NCBI GenBank assembly: GCA_977017645.1 | Contig: OZ360226.1 | Coordinates: 60,450,001 to 60,514,000 of the forward strand | Direction of reading: 5' to 3' | Length of the DNA stretch: 64,000 nt | Source: Torpedo marmorata | Lineage: Eukaryota | Shown: in pieces, positions 49,901-62,200 of the stretch | How positions within the stretch are numbered: position 1 is the stretch's first letter | Layout of the letters: every line of letters starts with the position of its first letter | Position numbers and translations under genes: made by a program | Notes under the pieces: model-generated | What the model saw: only the letters and a program-made list of their open reading frames with translations | What the model was told of the DNA's origin: nothing | Database searches by the model: none

Positions 49901-50140
49901 GCTGGACCCCGCGGGAGTGCTGCAACTCCGCTCCCTTGCTCCCCGCGGGTCCGCACCAGCGGCAGCGCTGCCGCTACAGAGAGAATGGGGGAGAGAGAGA
50001 GAGAGAGACAGGTATTTGATTAGTCAGGGCATCAAGGGTTATGGGGAGAAGGCCGGGGAGTGGGGATGAGTGTTAAGGATCAGCTCATGACTACATGGCA
50101 GAGCAGACCTGAACAGCCGATTGGCCTAGTTCTGCCCTGA
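46990..50140 (+). mobile_element. CR1 LINE (ORF1 SGNH-esterase end, endonuclease, internal deletion near 47945, RT) split by an insert at 49135-50000
   Basis: VISGLLPVPRA..DGIHLN, LNARS..ITESWL, MGDFN, VPQGSVL; the 3' end resumes at ~50005. Confidence 0.85.
49135..50000 (-). mobile_element. GC-rich non-coding retroposon with a Rex1-type tail
   Basis: The minus strand ends AATTTCATG...ATGACAATAAA(TTGAATC)n. It interrupts a CR1 3' end and has no recognisable ORF. Confidence 0.65.
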
Positions 50141-50199
50141 GGAAAGAGAAAAAGAAAGTAAATGTTTTAGGTGAATAATCTTATAACCACAGCCCTTAT

Positions 50200-52398
50200 A
50201 CAAATTATGCACGATGAAAGATACACTAGCTGGGAGGACAAATGGGGAAAAATGGCAGGTATTTTTGGACATTTTTTACAGGATTCAGGACAAATTCATT
50301 CCAAAGTGGAGGAAAGGCTCAAGGAGATGCAAATGGCAGCCGTGGCTAACTAATGAAATCAAGTGCATTATCAAGTCCAAAGGGAGTAAGTATAAGATAG
50401 CGAAGCAGAGTGGGAAGTTAGAGGATTGGGAAACCTTCAAAGAACATCAGAGGGTAACAAAGAAAGTCATACGAGAGGGGAAAATGAAGTACGAGAGGAA
50501 ATTAGCAAGTAATATAATAGAGGATAGCAAAAGCTTTTTTAAATATGTGAAGAGGAAGAAATTGGTTCGGTCTAAAATTGGTCCATTAAGAATGGAAAAG
50601 GTGGAATTATTACTGGAAACAAGGAAATGGCTGAGGAATTTAACAAATACTTTGCATCTGTCTTCACCAAGGAGGATATAAGTTATGGTCAGTTAGGGGG
50701 TAGTGGTCATGCAGTATCAAGAGACTTGGGGAACTTTCCTGGGGAAGTAGGGAATCTGATAGATATCCGGATCCAGAAGCAGGAGGTTGTGAGTAAATTG
50801 TTGGGACTGAGGGCTGATAAATCCCCAGGGCCTGATGGGCTGCATCCCAGGGTGTTTAAAGAGGTTGCTCTGGAAATTGTGGAGGCACTGGTCGACATTT
50901 TCCAAAGCTCCATAGATTTGGGGGAGGTCCCTGTGGATTGGAGAGTGGCTGATGTGGTGCCGCTTTTTAAGAAGGGAGGGAGGGAGAAAATGGGAAATTA
51001 TAGACCGGTCAGCCTGACGTCAGTGGTGGGGAAGATATTGGAATCTATCATAAAAGGAGTAATAGCAGAACACTTAGGCAGAAATAATAGTATAAGGGCT
51101 AGTCAGCATGGATTCCTTAAGGGTAAGTCATGCTTGACTAACCTTCTGGAATTTTTCGAAGATGTGACAAAGAGGGTGGACTTGGGAGAGCCAGTGGATG
51201 TGGTGTATTTAGACTTCCAGAAGGCCTTTGATAAGGTACCGCACGGGAGACTAGTGGGCAAGATCAGGGAGCATGGTATTGAAGGTAAGGTGCTGACATG
51301 GATAGGAAATTGGTTAAGAACTAGGAAACAAAGGGTTGGGGTAAGCGGGTCTTTTTCAGGATGGCAGGATCTGACGAGTGGAGTGCCGCAGGGATCGGTG
51401 TTGGGTCCTCAGTTGTTTGTCATTTATGTAAATGATTTGGATGATGGGATTATTAATAACATGAGCAAATTTGCAGATGACACTAAACTGGGTGGTGGTG
51501 TAAAGTGTGAAGAGGATGTCAGAAAAATGCAGAGGGACTTGGACAGGTTGGGGGAGTGGGCTGAAGAATGGAAGATGAAGTTCAATGTGAGCAAATGTGA
51601 GGTTATCCATTTTGGGGGCAGTAATAGGAAAGCTGAGTATTATTTAAATGGAGACAAGCTAGGGAGTGGGGAAGTGCAAATGGATCTGGGTGTACTTGTT
51701 CACCGGTCACTGAAGGCTAACATGCAAGTTCAGAAAGCTGTGAAGAAGGCAAATGGCATGTTGGCTTTCATAAAGAGGGGATTGGAGTATAGGAGCAGAG
51801 ACTCCCTTTTGCAGTTGTACAGGGCCCTGGTGAGACCCCACCTGGAGTATTGCGTCCAGTTCTGGTCTCCAAATTTGAGGAAGGACATACTAGCTATAGA
51901 GGGTGTGCAGCGCAGATTTACAAGGTTAGTTCCAGGGATCGCAGGGTTGACATATGCTGAAAGGTTAGAAAAACTGGACTTATATCCGATGGAGTTTAGA
52001 AGGATGAGGGGGACATGATTGAGGTATACAAAATTATCAAGGGGATAGACAGGGTGAAGTCAGATTACTTGTTCCCATTGATGGGAGAGACGAGGACTAG
52101 AGGGCATAGTTTAAGAATACAGGGAAGGCCCTTTAGGACGGAGATGAGGAAAAAATTTTTTACCCAGAGAAGTGTGAATTTGTGGAATGCTCTGCCACAG
52201 AGGGTGGTAGAGGCAGATTCGCTGATTATGTTCAAAAGAGAGTTAGATAAGACTCTAGTGGGCAGAGGAGTTAAGGGTTATGGGGATAAGGCTGGTAAGA
52301 GGTACTGATAGTAGTGATCAGCCATGATCTGTAAAATGGCGGTGCTGGCTCGACGGGGCGAAGGGCCTACTCCAGCTCCTATTGTCTATTGTCTATTG
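50200..52398 (+). mobile_element. 5'-truncated CR1 LINE, relatively intact RT
   Basis: ORF 50627..52018 (463 aa): KSPGPDG, NYRPVSLTS, YLDFQKAFD, PQGSVLGP, FADD. (CTATTGT)n tail. Confidence 0.93.
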
Positions 52399-52614
52399 AT
52401 TGCAAAATTGCACAATTACACAATTACACAAATTTGTTTTTCTCTCGAAGACAATGCCACTTTCAGTTTCATGCCTTCAGCAAAGGTTAAATCATGGAGG
52501 TCAGTGGTCTCTTTAATTGTACTGAAAATCAAAGGCATCAATGACAAGGATGGAAATCAAAATATATTAATTTAACAAGGTATTGTTGAAGACTTCAAAA
52601 ATACCAATAAAATC

Positions 52615-53281
52615 TGTTATGGACCATGACTGATCATTTGGACTGCGGACGGTCAGCAGGAAGGATGAAGTCTTTTGGAGTACACACTGGGACCAGGTAC
52701 TGAAAGAGATAACTTGCCCAGGACTTGGTGTACCCAGAGAGAGAGAGAGAGCAGAGAGAGACAGGCTGTGGAAAAGATACTTTTTGTTGCACTTTTGCAA
52801 AAGCAGGTGCAGACCTCTGCAAAAAGCAGGCAGTTTGGAGTTGCAAAGGCTAGAGAACACAGCCAAATCCAGGCTTGTGCATCCCAGAGGAAAAGGCTGG
52901 AAGGATAGCACATGGCCTCCTGTCTCTCTCCAACGTTCATGGAAAAGTCCTTCTACCAGCACACAGAGCTGAATTTGGAACCTGAACTTAGAGAGTGAAT
53001 TTTTGTGGACTGTATTATATTTTTTGACTGACTTGTTTTTATGACTGACCTGGGGTTTTTGGGGAAAGTTTTTCCATTTTTACATGAGGGTTTGGCACAG
53101 ACTGTAATGGTCTGGGCTTTACACACACACACACCTTTTAGATAAGAATAGTGTTTATAGACATTTATAGTGGGGTTAATTGTTGTGAAATTATATGTTT
53201 AATTGTCTTTAATAAATATAAATTTCAATTTTACCCCTTTTGCATTGCGTCTTCTGTCATTGCTGGTTTGAAAGTGTAACA
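52615..53281 (+). mobile_element. Solo LTR, Gmr1-like family, internally deleted
   Basis: TGTTATGG...GTAACA; TSD AATC. Confidence 0.92.
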
Positions 53282-54045
53282 AATCCAATTCAACTACCAA
53301 AGACAATTCTCAGGTTAAGGAAAGACAAAGGATACAACTGATAGGAGCGCCTGCTGTGATAAAAGATGTTGGAACATGCTCACATTTATATCAACAAAGG
53401 AACGTTTTGTGGGTATCTTTATTGGCCTGAACTTTGACCCACTTCATTTTCAAATTTTCAGTTCACCCACCTAGTCCAGTGTTGTTGGATACAGGTTAAG
53501 GCATATCTCCCTTAAGTTATCATTATGATATTGGGGCACATTCAACTGACAACATAGTATTCCTTCCTTGCCTTCTTACACATCTCTATGATTTTCAATA
53601 TGATGAACAGTCCCTTCTTTCACTGTGATCCAGTAACGGGACTGCCTTTACCAAATGTTCTCATCACATCTGCTGGTTTTCCCTTCTTCTACATTGCTCC
53701 TTCCAGAGTCACCTGATGATCAGTCATTTATTTTCTTCATTTGCATGTTGTCCCTTGGTGATATCACCCACAAGCACAGCGTTAGCTCACACTTATGCTG
53801 GCAATGTCCAGTTCAAACATTGTCTTATCTTCTTAACATTATCATTCCTATTGCATTCTCATTCAGAGCAAGTTGTGCTTAAAAAAGTTCTCTGATTGAA
53901 TGCGAAAATCAGAACCGATGTTTTTGCCTCAAGGCTACATAAGGAAGAGCCAACCAAAATAGTTTGTTTTCTAATGACGACAATGCAATGCAATGCTGGC
54001 ATTCATGGACTCGTGGGCTGAAATGGCCTGTTACCGTGCTGTATG

Positions 54046-56280
54046 CCTGTATTCATTGGAATTTAGGAGTATAGGGGGGGTGGTTTGCATTGAAACATTT
54101 CGAATGTTGAAAGGCATGGACAAAGTTGATGTAGAAAGGTTGTTTCCCATGGGAGTGTCTAGGGCAAGAGGGTACAATTTCAGGATGAAAGGGCGTCTGT
54201 TTAGAACAAAGATGCGTAAGAATTTCATTAGCCAGAGCGTGATAAATTTGTGGAAATTGTTGCCACAGGCAGTTGCGGAGGCCAGTTCATTGGGTGTATT
54301 TAAGGCAGAGATTGATAGGTTCTTGATTAGAAGTAAATCATGAAATTCTGTAGACACCGTGGTTGAAGTAAAAACCACAAATGCTGGAGAAACTCAGCAG
54401 GTCAAACAGTGTCTTTTATGTAGCAAAGGTAGAAATACATAACCGACATTTCGGGCTTGAACCCTTCATCAAAGTATGAGAAAATGCCAGCAGGCGTCCG
54501 AACAAAAGAGTGAGGTGGGGAAGGGGGGTGGCAAAGGCAGGAGATGATAGGTGGAGAAAGGAGGGAGGGGACAGCAGCAAAGAGGGGGAGGAGGGATGGC
54601 TGGGTGGGTGGGGAAAAACTGGAAGTACAGGTAAGGGGGGAGGGGAAGGAAAAGGCAAGCAGGGTTAGTGGAAAGCAGAAAAGTCAATGTTAATGCCATC
54701 TGGCTGGAGAGTGCCCAGACGGAAAATAAGATGTTGTTCCTCCAATTTGCAGGTAGTCTGGGTGGGATAGTACATAAGGCCATGGACAGACATGTGAGTG
54801 TGGGAGTGTGGCTCGGAATTGAAATGGTTGGCTACTTGGAGGTCGCTGGTGTTGCGGACAGAGAGGAGGTGCTCAGCAAAGCGATCTCCCAATCTACGAC
54901 CAGTCTCTCCGATGTAGAGATTACCACAAAGGGAGCACTGGATGCAGTAAATAAGTTCTCTGGATGTACAAGTTAAGTGTTGCTTCACTTGAACGGCCTG
55001 TTTGGGGCCCCGGACCGTGGTGAGGGGGGAGGTGTGGGCGCAAGTGTTGCACCTCCTGCGGGCACAGGGGAAGGTGCCGGGGGTGCGATGGCTGGGGAGG
55101 GATGAGTGCACGAGGGAATCGCGGAGGAAGCAGTCCCTGCGGAAGGCCAAGAGGGGAGGAGAAGGAAAAATGTGTCTGGTGGTGGAATCCTGTAGTAAGT
55201 GTCGGATAATGTGTTGGATGCAGAGGCTGGTGGGGTGGTAGGTGAGGATGAGGGAGATTCTATGTTTGTTGCGTCTGGAGGCAGAGGGGGCCAGGGCAGA
55301 TGAGCGGGAAATGGAGGAGGTGAGGGCTGAGTTGATGGTGGTGGAGGGGATGCCACATTTGTGGAAGAAGGCAGACATTTCAGAAGATCTGAACTGGAAA
55401 ACCTCATCTTGGGAACAGATGCGGCGGAGGCGGAGAAATTGAGAGAAGGGGATGGAATCCTTGCAGGGGACAGGGTGTGAGGAAGTGTAGTCCAGATAGT
55501 TGTGGGAGTTGGAGGGTTTGTAGTAAATGTCTGTGGAAAGCTTGTCTCCTGAAATGGAGACAGAGAGATCCAGGGAGGGGAGAGTGTTATCGGAGATGGA
55601 CCAGGTGAGTTTGAGATCGGGGTGGAAGTTGGACATGAAGTGGATGAAGTTGACAAGCTTATCACGGGTGCATGAGGCAGCCCTGATATAGTCGTCGATA
55701 TCCCAGAGGAAGAGATGAGGGGTCTTGCCTGTGTAGGCTTGCAGCATGGATTGCTCCACAAAGCCCACAAACAGGCAGGTGTAGGTGGGACCCATGCGGG
55801 TACCCATGGCTACTCCTTTGATTTGGAGGAAGTGGGATGAGTTAAAGGAGAAGTTATTGAGAGTGAGGACAAGTTCTGCCAGGCAGAGGAGGGTGGTGGT
55901 AGAGGGTCACTGGTCGGGTCTTTGGTCCAGGAAGAAGCGAAGTGCTTTCAGACCTTCCATGTGGGGGATAGAGGTATAAAGGGATTGGACATCCATAGTG
56001 AAGATGATGCGGTCTGGTTCAGGGAATCTGAAGTCATTGAGGAGATGGAGGGTATGTGAGGTGTCTCGAATGTAGGTGGGGAGGGATTGGACCAGGGAGA
56101 AAAGATGGAGTCATGGTAAGATTAAACTAGTTCGGTGGGGCAGGAGCAGGCATCAAAGGTTATGGGGAGAAAGCCGGGCAGTGGAGCTGCGTGGGAAAAT
56201 GGATCAGCTCATGAGTGAATGGCAGGCAGATTCGATGGGCTGAATAGCCTATTTCTGCTCCTATGTCTTATGGTCTTATG
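54046..56280 (+). mobile_element. CR1 3' end split by a Penelope element
   Basis: CR1 at 54046-54330 resumes CAGGCATCAAAGG at ~56147 and ends TCTTATGGTCTTATG. Confidence 0.85.
54331..56146 (-). mobile_element. Penelope-like element (RT + GIY-YIG endonuclease), 5'-truncated
   Basis: ORF 54665..55807: MGTRMGP, WDIDD, TDIYYKP, IPFSQFLRLRRIC, LIYCIQC..LYIGETGRRL..FAEH, G.N end. Confidence 0.92.
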
Positions 56281-57039
56281 GGCATCCTCTGTCTGTTTGC
56301 TGGCTTATTCAGAACCAGGCTTGGTAAAATTTTGATGTCCTATCTGATATTTGAAACTCACTAGCAAGATTATTCCATCTGTCTTTGCTCAACAACTAGT
56401 ATTTATATCATTGTGTCACATCCATTACTACTGAACTCCTCACCCCCATGACATTACTCCATGCATCCTCCCTACTGGCCTCCTGACTTGCATTCTCCAT
56501 GATCGTAAATTGTTCACATTTTCACAAATCATATTTTGTCCAACACTTTTCTTTTTCACACCCGTTCCATCTTATCTATTAAATTGAATTTTAAATGATT
56601 GACAATTTTAACTAATTCCCCTCAAGCCTTCCCCACCTTGCACACAGCCTGTTTCTCGAAATATTCCTTCCATCTGTTCCTCTGCCAATTAATGCTTCAG
56701 TTCTCTGGGGCCTGTCCTTTGGACCTCCATTGTTAAAACCCTTTATCTTGTGTTCAGCCTTTACTTTTAGATAAATGCCTTCATTTGTTCAGTTTTACTT
56801 TTGCCTTTTTTGCCTGACTGACCAGGATCCTCTTGTCACAAAAAAGTGTATTGGTAGTCTGACCAATACAGAAACATAATGGAGCTGTCTTGCAGCCAAA
56901 ATGTGCAGCAACCAGTGCATCAGTTCAGAGACTTAAAACAAAATTGACTTCATCTTCTTCTCTGCAGAGACTTTGTACATAAAGGCTTGACAGACATTCC
57001 TTGAGGAAGTGAGGAAGTAACTTTGGACATTTGCCTTAT

Positions 57040-57910
57040 TACACAGTAAATGTTAGGGCCCCAAGAGAGTGTTGTAGAACAGAGTTACCTTGGGATACAA
57101 GTGCATAGATCTCTGAAAGTGGTGACACAGGTAGACAGGGTGCTAAGAAGGCATTTGGCACACTTGCTTTGAGTACAAGAGTTGGGACGTCATGTTTCAA
57201 GAGATTGGTGAGACCACGCATGAAAGTATTGTGTGTAGTTCCAGTCACACGGCTATGGGAAAGATTTTGTTAAACTGGAAAGGGTGCGGAAAAGATTTGT
57301 AAGGATGAAATTTTTAAATTTTAAATTAAATTTAAATTTAGACATACAGCAGGGTAACAGGCCATTTCAGCCCACGAGCCCGTGCCACCCAATTACACCC
57401 AATTGACCTACAACCCACGGAACGTTTTGAAGGATGGGTGGAAACCAGAGCCCCCAGGGAAAACCCATGCAGGCACGAGGAGAACGTACAAACTCCTTAC
57501 AGATGTTATTTGGACTGGCGGTATTGAGTTATGAGAGACTAGATAGGCTGGGGCTTTTTCCCCTAAAGCATAAGAGGCTGAGAGGTAATTTATATAAAAT
57601 CAAGAGGGGCATAGATAAGGTGAATGGTCACAGTCTTTTTTCCCAAAATAGCGTGAGATTTAAGGTGAGAGAGGAAAAATATAAAGGGGAACTGAGGGCC
57701 AACTTTTTCACAGAGGGTGGTGGGTACGTGGAACAAGCTGCCAGAGGTAGTGTTAGAGGTGGGTTTAAAAGACATTTACACAGATATATGATTAGTAAAG
57801 GTTTAAGGAGATATGGACCAAATGCAGATAAATGGGAATAGTGCAGGTTGGTAACTTGGTTAGTCTGGGTGAGTGGACTGAAGGGCCTGTTCCCGAGCTG
57901 TATAACTCCT
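57040..57910 (+). mobile_element. Older CR1 3' fragment with a SINE (minus, 57308-57502) inserted
   Basis: SYERLDRLGLFPL..RLRG motif; SINE (TTTAAA)n tail; GATG flanks. Confidence 0.75.
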
Positions 57911-58784
57911 TATGATTTTATTAAAGACACACTATAAATGAAAATCATCATTGTAGTTTTCTATTCCTTCATATGTGACATAACCAATTCAATCGTTTTC
58001 AAATGTTGAGCTGTACTTTGTGCAAATTAAGCATACAAACCTTGCACAATAGAGATTTGATTAAGAATTAAGAGCAAGGTCTATCATTTCTAATTCAATT
58101 TTGTTCCCTTTTCTTGCAAAGTAAACGCTAATGTAGAATATTCTACAACTGTTAGTCTGGTTTTGATTTTATTCCAAAAAGGCTGAAATGGGTAGAGGCA
58201 GCCTAAGCATGGAGAGTCAGACTTAAAGACATTTACAAGCATTCCATTAGGCTTATTGATCTGACATCCACTGGTTCTGGAGATTTCCTTTTAATAAGCA
58301 ATTAACACAGGACTTGTATGACAAATTAAAGGGCAATTTCCGGTGTCAACCTGGTGCTCATCTATAGTGCCATTGCTATTGCTTTTGAATGACTGCTGGA
58401 AGATCAAAGGATCAAAGGACATCGAGCAGCAGCGTTAAAGTGATTTTTCCTGCTGTTGCTGAGTGATTTAAAAGTCAACAAAATGTATTTGTTACTGCAA
58501 GTTCCCACAGCACCAGAGCCTTTTTTATATGTTTCGTACTTCATCGATCTTTGCCTTCTTGGAAAATATGAATTAACCCTGACACACCTTTGCAGAGTAT
58601 GTGCATTACTTTATCACACAACTGGCGGCAGGGATTGGACCACAGCAACTTTAACTAAATAGGAAGAAAAGTCCTTCTCCCTCTGGTCTCACAAAAATAA
58701 AAGATGTGGGACCATTATGAGGAGCAGATGACAGCAGTCACTTGAAAGATTTGTGGTTCTTTGGCTCACTGCCTAAAGAGCGAG

Positions 58785-58972
58785 TAAAAAAGAAACTGCT
58801 GGAGGAATTCAATGGGCCAAGTAGCATCCATGCTGGGAAATGAACAGTTGGCATTTCAGCTAGAGTTTAAACCGGAATTTTGATTGTTCACTTACCTCTG
58901 TGTATGTCGTCTGACCTGTTGAGTTTCTCCAACAGATTTTTTTTTTTTGCTCTAGGTTCCAGCATCTGCAGA
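58785..58972. repeat. Degenerate inverted pair of Penelope-type 3' ends
   Basis: GCTGGAGGAATTCAATGGG...CCTGTTGAGTTTCTCCAAC...CAGCATCTGCAG; same layout as 13400-13608. Confidence 0.55.
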
Positions 58973-59229
58973 CTCTAATGGCAAAATCCTAACCCTAAAC
59001 ATAAATCCAGAATTCATCAATTGAATAGCACTATCATTCCAATTTTCTGCAGATTCCTGCCAGAGTTAAGTGGCCCAGTTTGAACATGTAACAGATGACT
59101 AAGGATCTTCCATTAATAATCTACTAATCACCTGTGCTTTGCTTGAAAAACACCCACTTTGTTTCAAGATGGTTTTCAGAAGTTAATTAATCAGAAGATA
59201 AGATATTAGGATCATCCGGAAGGCAGAGA

Positions 59230-62200
59230 AAGTCATAGATAAGACTTTTGAGCAGTGGTTACACCCAGAGTGCAGGATTCAGTTAATGGATGGGTGAACA
59301 CTGAAAGAGGTAAGGGAAGAAATAAGTCAGTGCAGGGTCATCCTGTAGCCATTCCCTTCAGCAACAAGTATATTCCCTTTGGATACTGATGTGGTGGATG
59401 ACCTATCTGGGCAAGGCAGTAGCCAGACCAATAGCAATGTGATTGGCTCTGAGCCTCAGAAGGGAAAGGTGGTCAGTTGAGCGATAATCATAGTCAGGGA
59501 AACAGATAGGAGATTCTTCGGCCACAAAAGAGACTCCAGGATAGCATGTTACCTCCCAGGTGCTCGGGTCCAGGATGTCTATGAGTGGATGCAGAATAAT
59601 CTTAATGGGGAGGGTGAGCAGACAGAGGTCGTAGTACATATTGGTACCAATGACATTGGCAATAGTAGGGTAGAGATCCTGCAAAGTATGTTTAGGGAGA
59701 TAGGAAAGAGGCTGAAGAGCAGGACTTCCAAGGTGGTAATCTCAGGTTTACCCATGAGCTAGGGAAAGTCAGAACAGGAAGATAGTGCATACCAATGAGT
59801 AGCTGAAGAGATGGTGCAGGGGGCAGGGCTTTAAGTTCTTGGATCATTGGAACCTTTTCTGGGGAAGGGGTGACCTGTACAAGTGAGACGGGTTGCCTGA
59901 ACTGTAGGGGAGTCAATATCCTGGCAGCGAGGTTTGCTCATGTTGTTAGGGGGGGTTTAAAGTAGATTCACAGTGGGGTGGGAACCAAAGTGAAGAGGCA
60001 GAGGAAGAGGCAGTTGGTGCACAAATAGAGACAGCTGGTAGGGAGTTTGTGCAGAAGGACAGTCAGATAGGACAACATTGCAGCCATTGGAATGAGTTGC
60101 AATGCAACAGGGACACAGTCAAAAAACTAACAAATAAAGGGCTGAAGGTTTTATATTTAAATGCATGCAGCATAAGAAATAAAGTGGGTGGCTTTGTAGT
60201 ACAGCTACACATGGGCAGGTATGATGTTTGGGGCCATCACAGAGTCATGGCTAAAGGATGGATGTTACTGGGAACTTAATGTCCAAGGATACACAGTGTA
60301 TCAAAAGGGTAGGCAGGTAAGCAGAGGGGGTGGTGTGGCTCTGTTGGTAAGGAACAGCATTAAATCATTAGATAAAGGTGACATAGGATTAGAAGATAGA
60401 GAATCACTGTGGGTTGAGTTAAGAAATGCCAATGGCATAAGAACATATATAGACCTCCAAACAGTAGCTAGGATGTGGACAACAAATTACAACAGCAAAT
60501 AGAAAAGGCGTATCAGAAGGGCAATATTACCGTAGTCATGGGGGATTTTAACATGCAAGTAGATTGGAAAAACCAGGTTGGGACTGGATCTCAAGAGAGA
60601 GAATTTGTAGAATGCCTATGAGATGGCTTTTTAGAGCAGCTTGTTGATGAGCCCACGAGGGGATTGGCTGTACTGGATTGGGTGTTGTGTAACGCTCCAG
60701 AGGTGATTAGAGAGTTTAGAGTAAAGGAACCATTAGGGGACAGTGATCACAATATGACTGAGTTCAATTTGAGACTTAACAAGGAGAAACTAAAGTCAGA
60801 TGTATGTCAGTATTTTAGTGGATTAAAGGGAATTACAGTAGCATGAGAGAGAAACTGGCCATAGCAGATTGGAAGGGGGAAGTAGTAGGGAGGACAGCAG
60901 GGCAGCAATGAATGGAGTTTCTGCAAGAAATGAGGGAGGTGTAGGATATATACAAACCAAAAAAGAGGGTTCAAATGTAAAAAATATCACAACTGTGGCT
61001 GACAAGGGAAGGCAAAGCCAACGTAAAAGCCAAAGAGGGGTAGCGTGGCTCTGCTGGTAAGGACAGCATTAAATCATTAGAAAAAGGTGACATAGGATTA
61101 GGAGATATAGAATCAATGTGGGTTGAGTAAAGAAATGTCATTACGCAAAATTGAGTGGGAAGATAGAGGATTGGGAAGTTGTTAAAAATTTGCAGAAGGC
61201 AACTAAAAAACTCATAAGGAGGGAAAAGAAGAAGTTTGAAAGTAGGCTAGCAAATAATATCAAAGAAAATACAAAAAGCTTCTTCAAGAATGTAAAGAAT
61301 AAAAGAGAGGTGAGAGTAGATATAGGACCACAAGAAAATAACACTGGAGATGGCAGAGGAGCTAAATGAGTATTTTGCGTCAGTTTTCACTGTGCCAGAT
61401 GTCGAAAGGCATCAGGGTAGGGAAGTGAGTGCAGTTACAATTTCAAGGGAGAAGGTGCTCAGAAAGCAAAATGGTCTAAGGGTAGATATGTCTCCCGGAC
61501 CAGATGAATTGCATCCTTAGCTTCTGAAAGAAACAGCTGTAAAGATTGTGGAGATAATGGTAATGATCTTTCAGGAATCAATAGATTTTGGCATGGTCCC
61601 AGAGGACTGGAAAATCACAAATGTCACCCCACTATTCAAGAAGGGAGGGAGGCAGCAGAAAGGAAATTATAGGCCGTTTAGCCTGACATCAGTGGTTAGG
61701 AAGATGTTGTAGTCGATTATCTGGAGGCACATGACAAGGTAGGCCAAAGCCAGCATGGTTTCCTTCAAGGAAAATCTTGCTTGACAAACCTACTGGAATT
61801 CTTTGAAGAAGTGACAAACAGGCTAGATAAAGGAGATGCAGTAGATGTTGTGCATTTAGATTTTCTGAAGGCCTTTGGCAAGGTCAGAATCAGAATTTAT
61901 TGTCATGAACAAGTCATGAAATTCTGTGTTTGCGGCAGCATCATAGTGCAAACATTCATATTATAACCATCTTACGACATTACTACAACAAAATATATAA
62001 ATAATAGTGCACAAAAAGTAAGGCAGTGTCCTTGGTTCATTGATTATTTAGGAATCTGATGGCAGCGGGGAAGAAGCTGTCCTTGTGCCATTGAGTGCTC
62101 ATCTTTAGGCTCCTGTACCTTTTTTACGATGGTAGCAGAGTGAAGAGGGCATGGCCTGGGTGGTGGGGGGTCTTTGAGGATAGAAGCTTCTATTTTAAGT

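Noticed and set aside
49244-50069. Cluster of 70-140 aa ORFs on both strands
   Set aside because: Expected in GC-rich sequence; low complexity with no motifs.
54985-55770. 261-aa Ser/Pro/Thr-rich overlapping ORF
   Set aside because: It is an alternate frame of the C-rich Penelope coding strand, where stop scarcity is compositional; no domain is recognisable.
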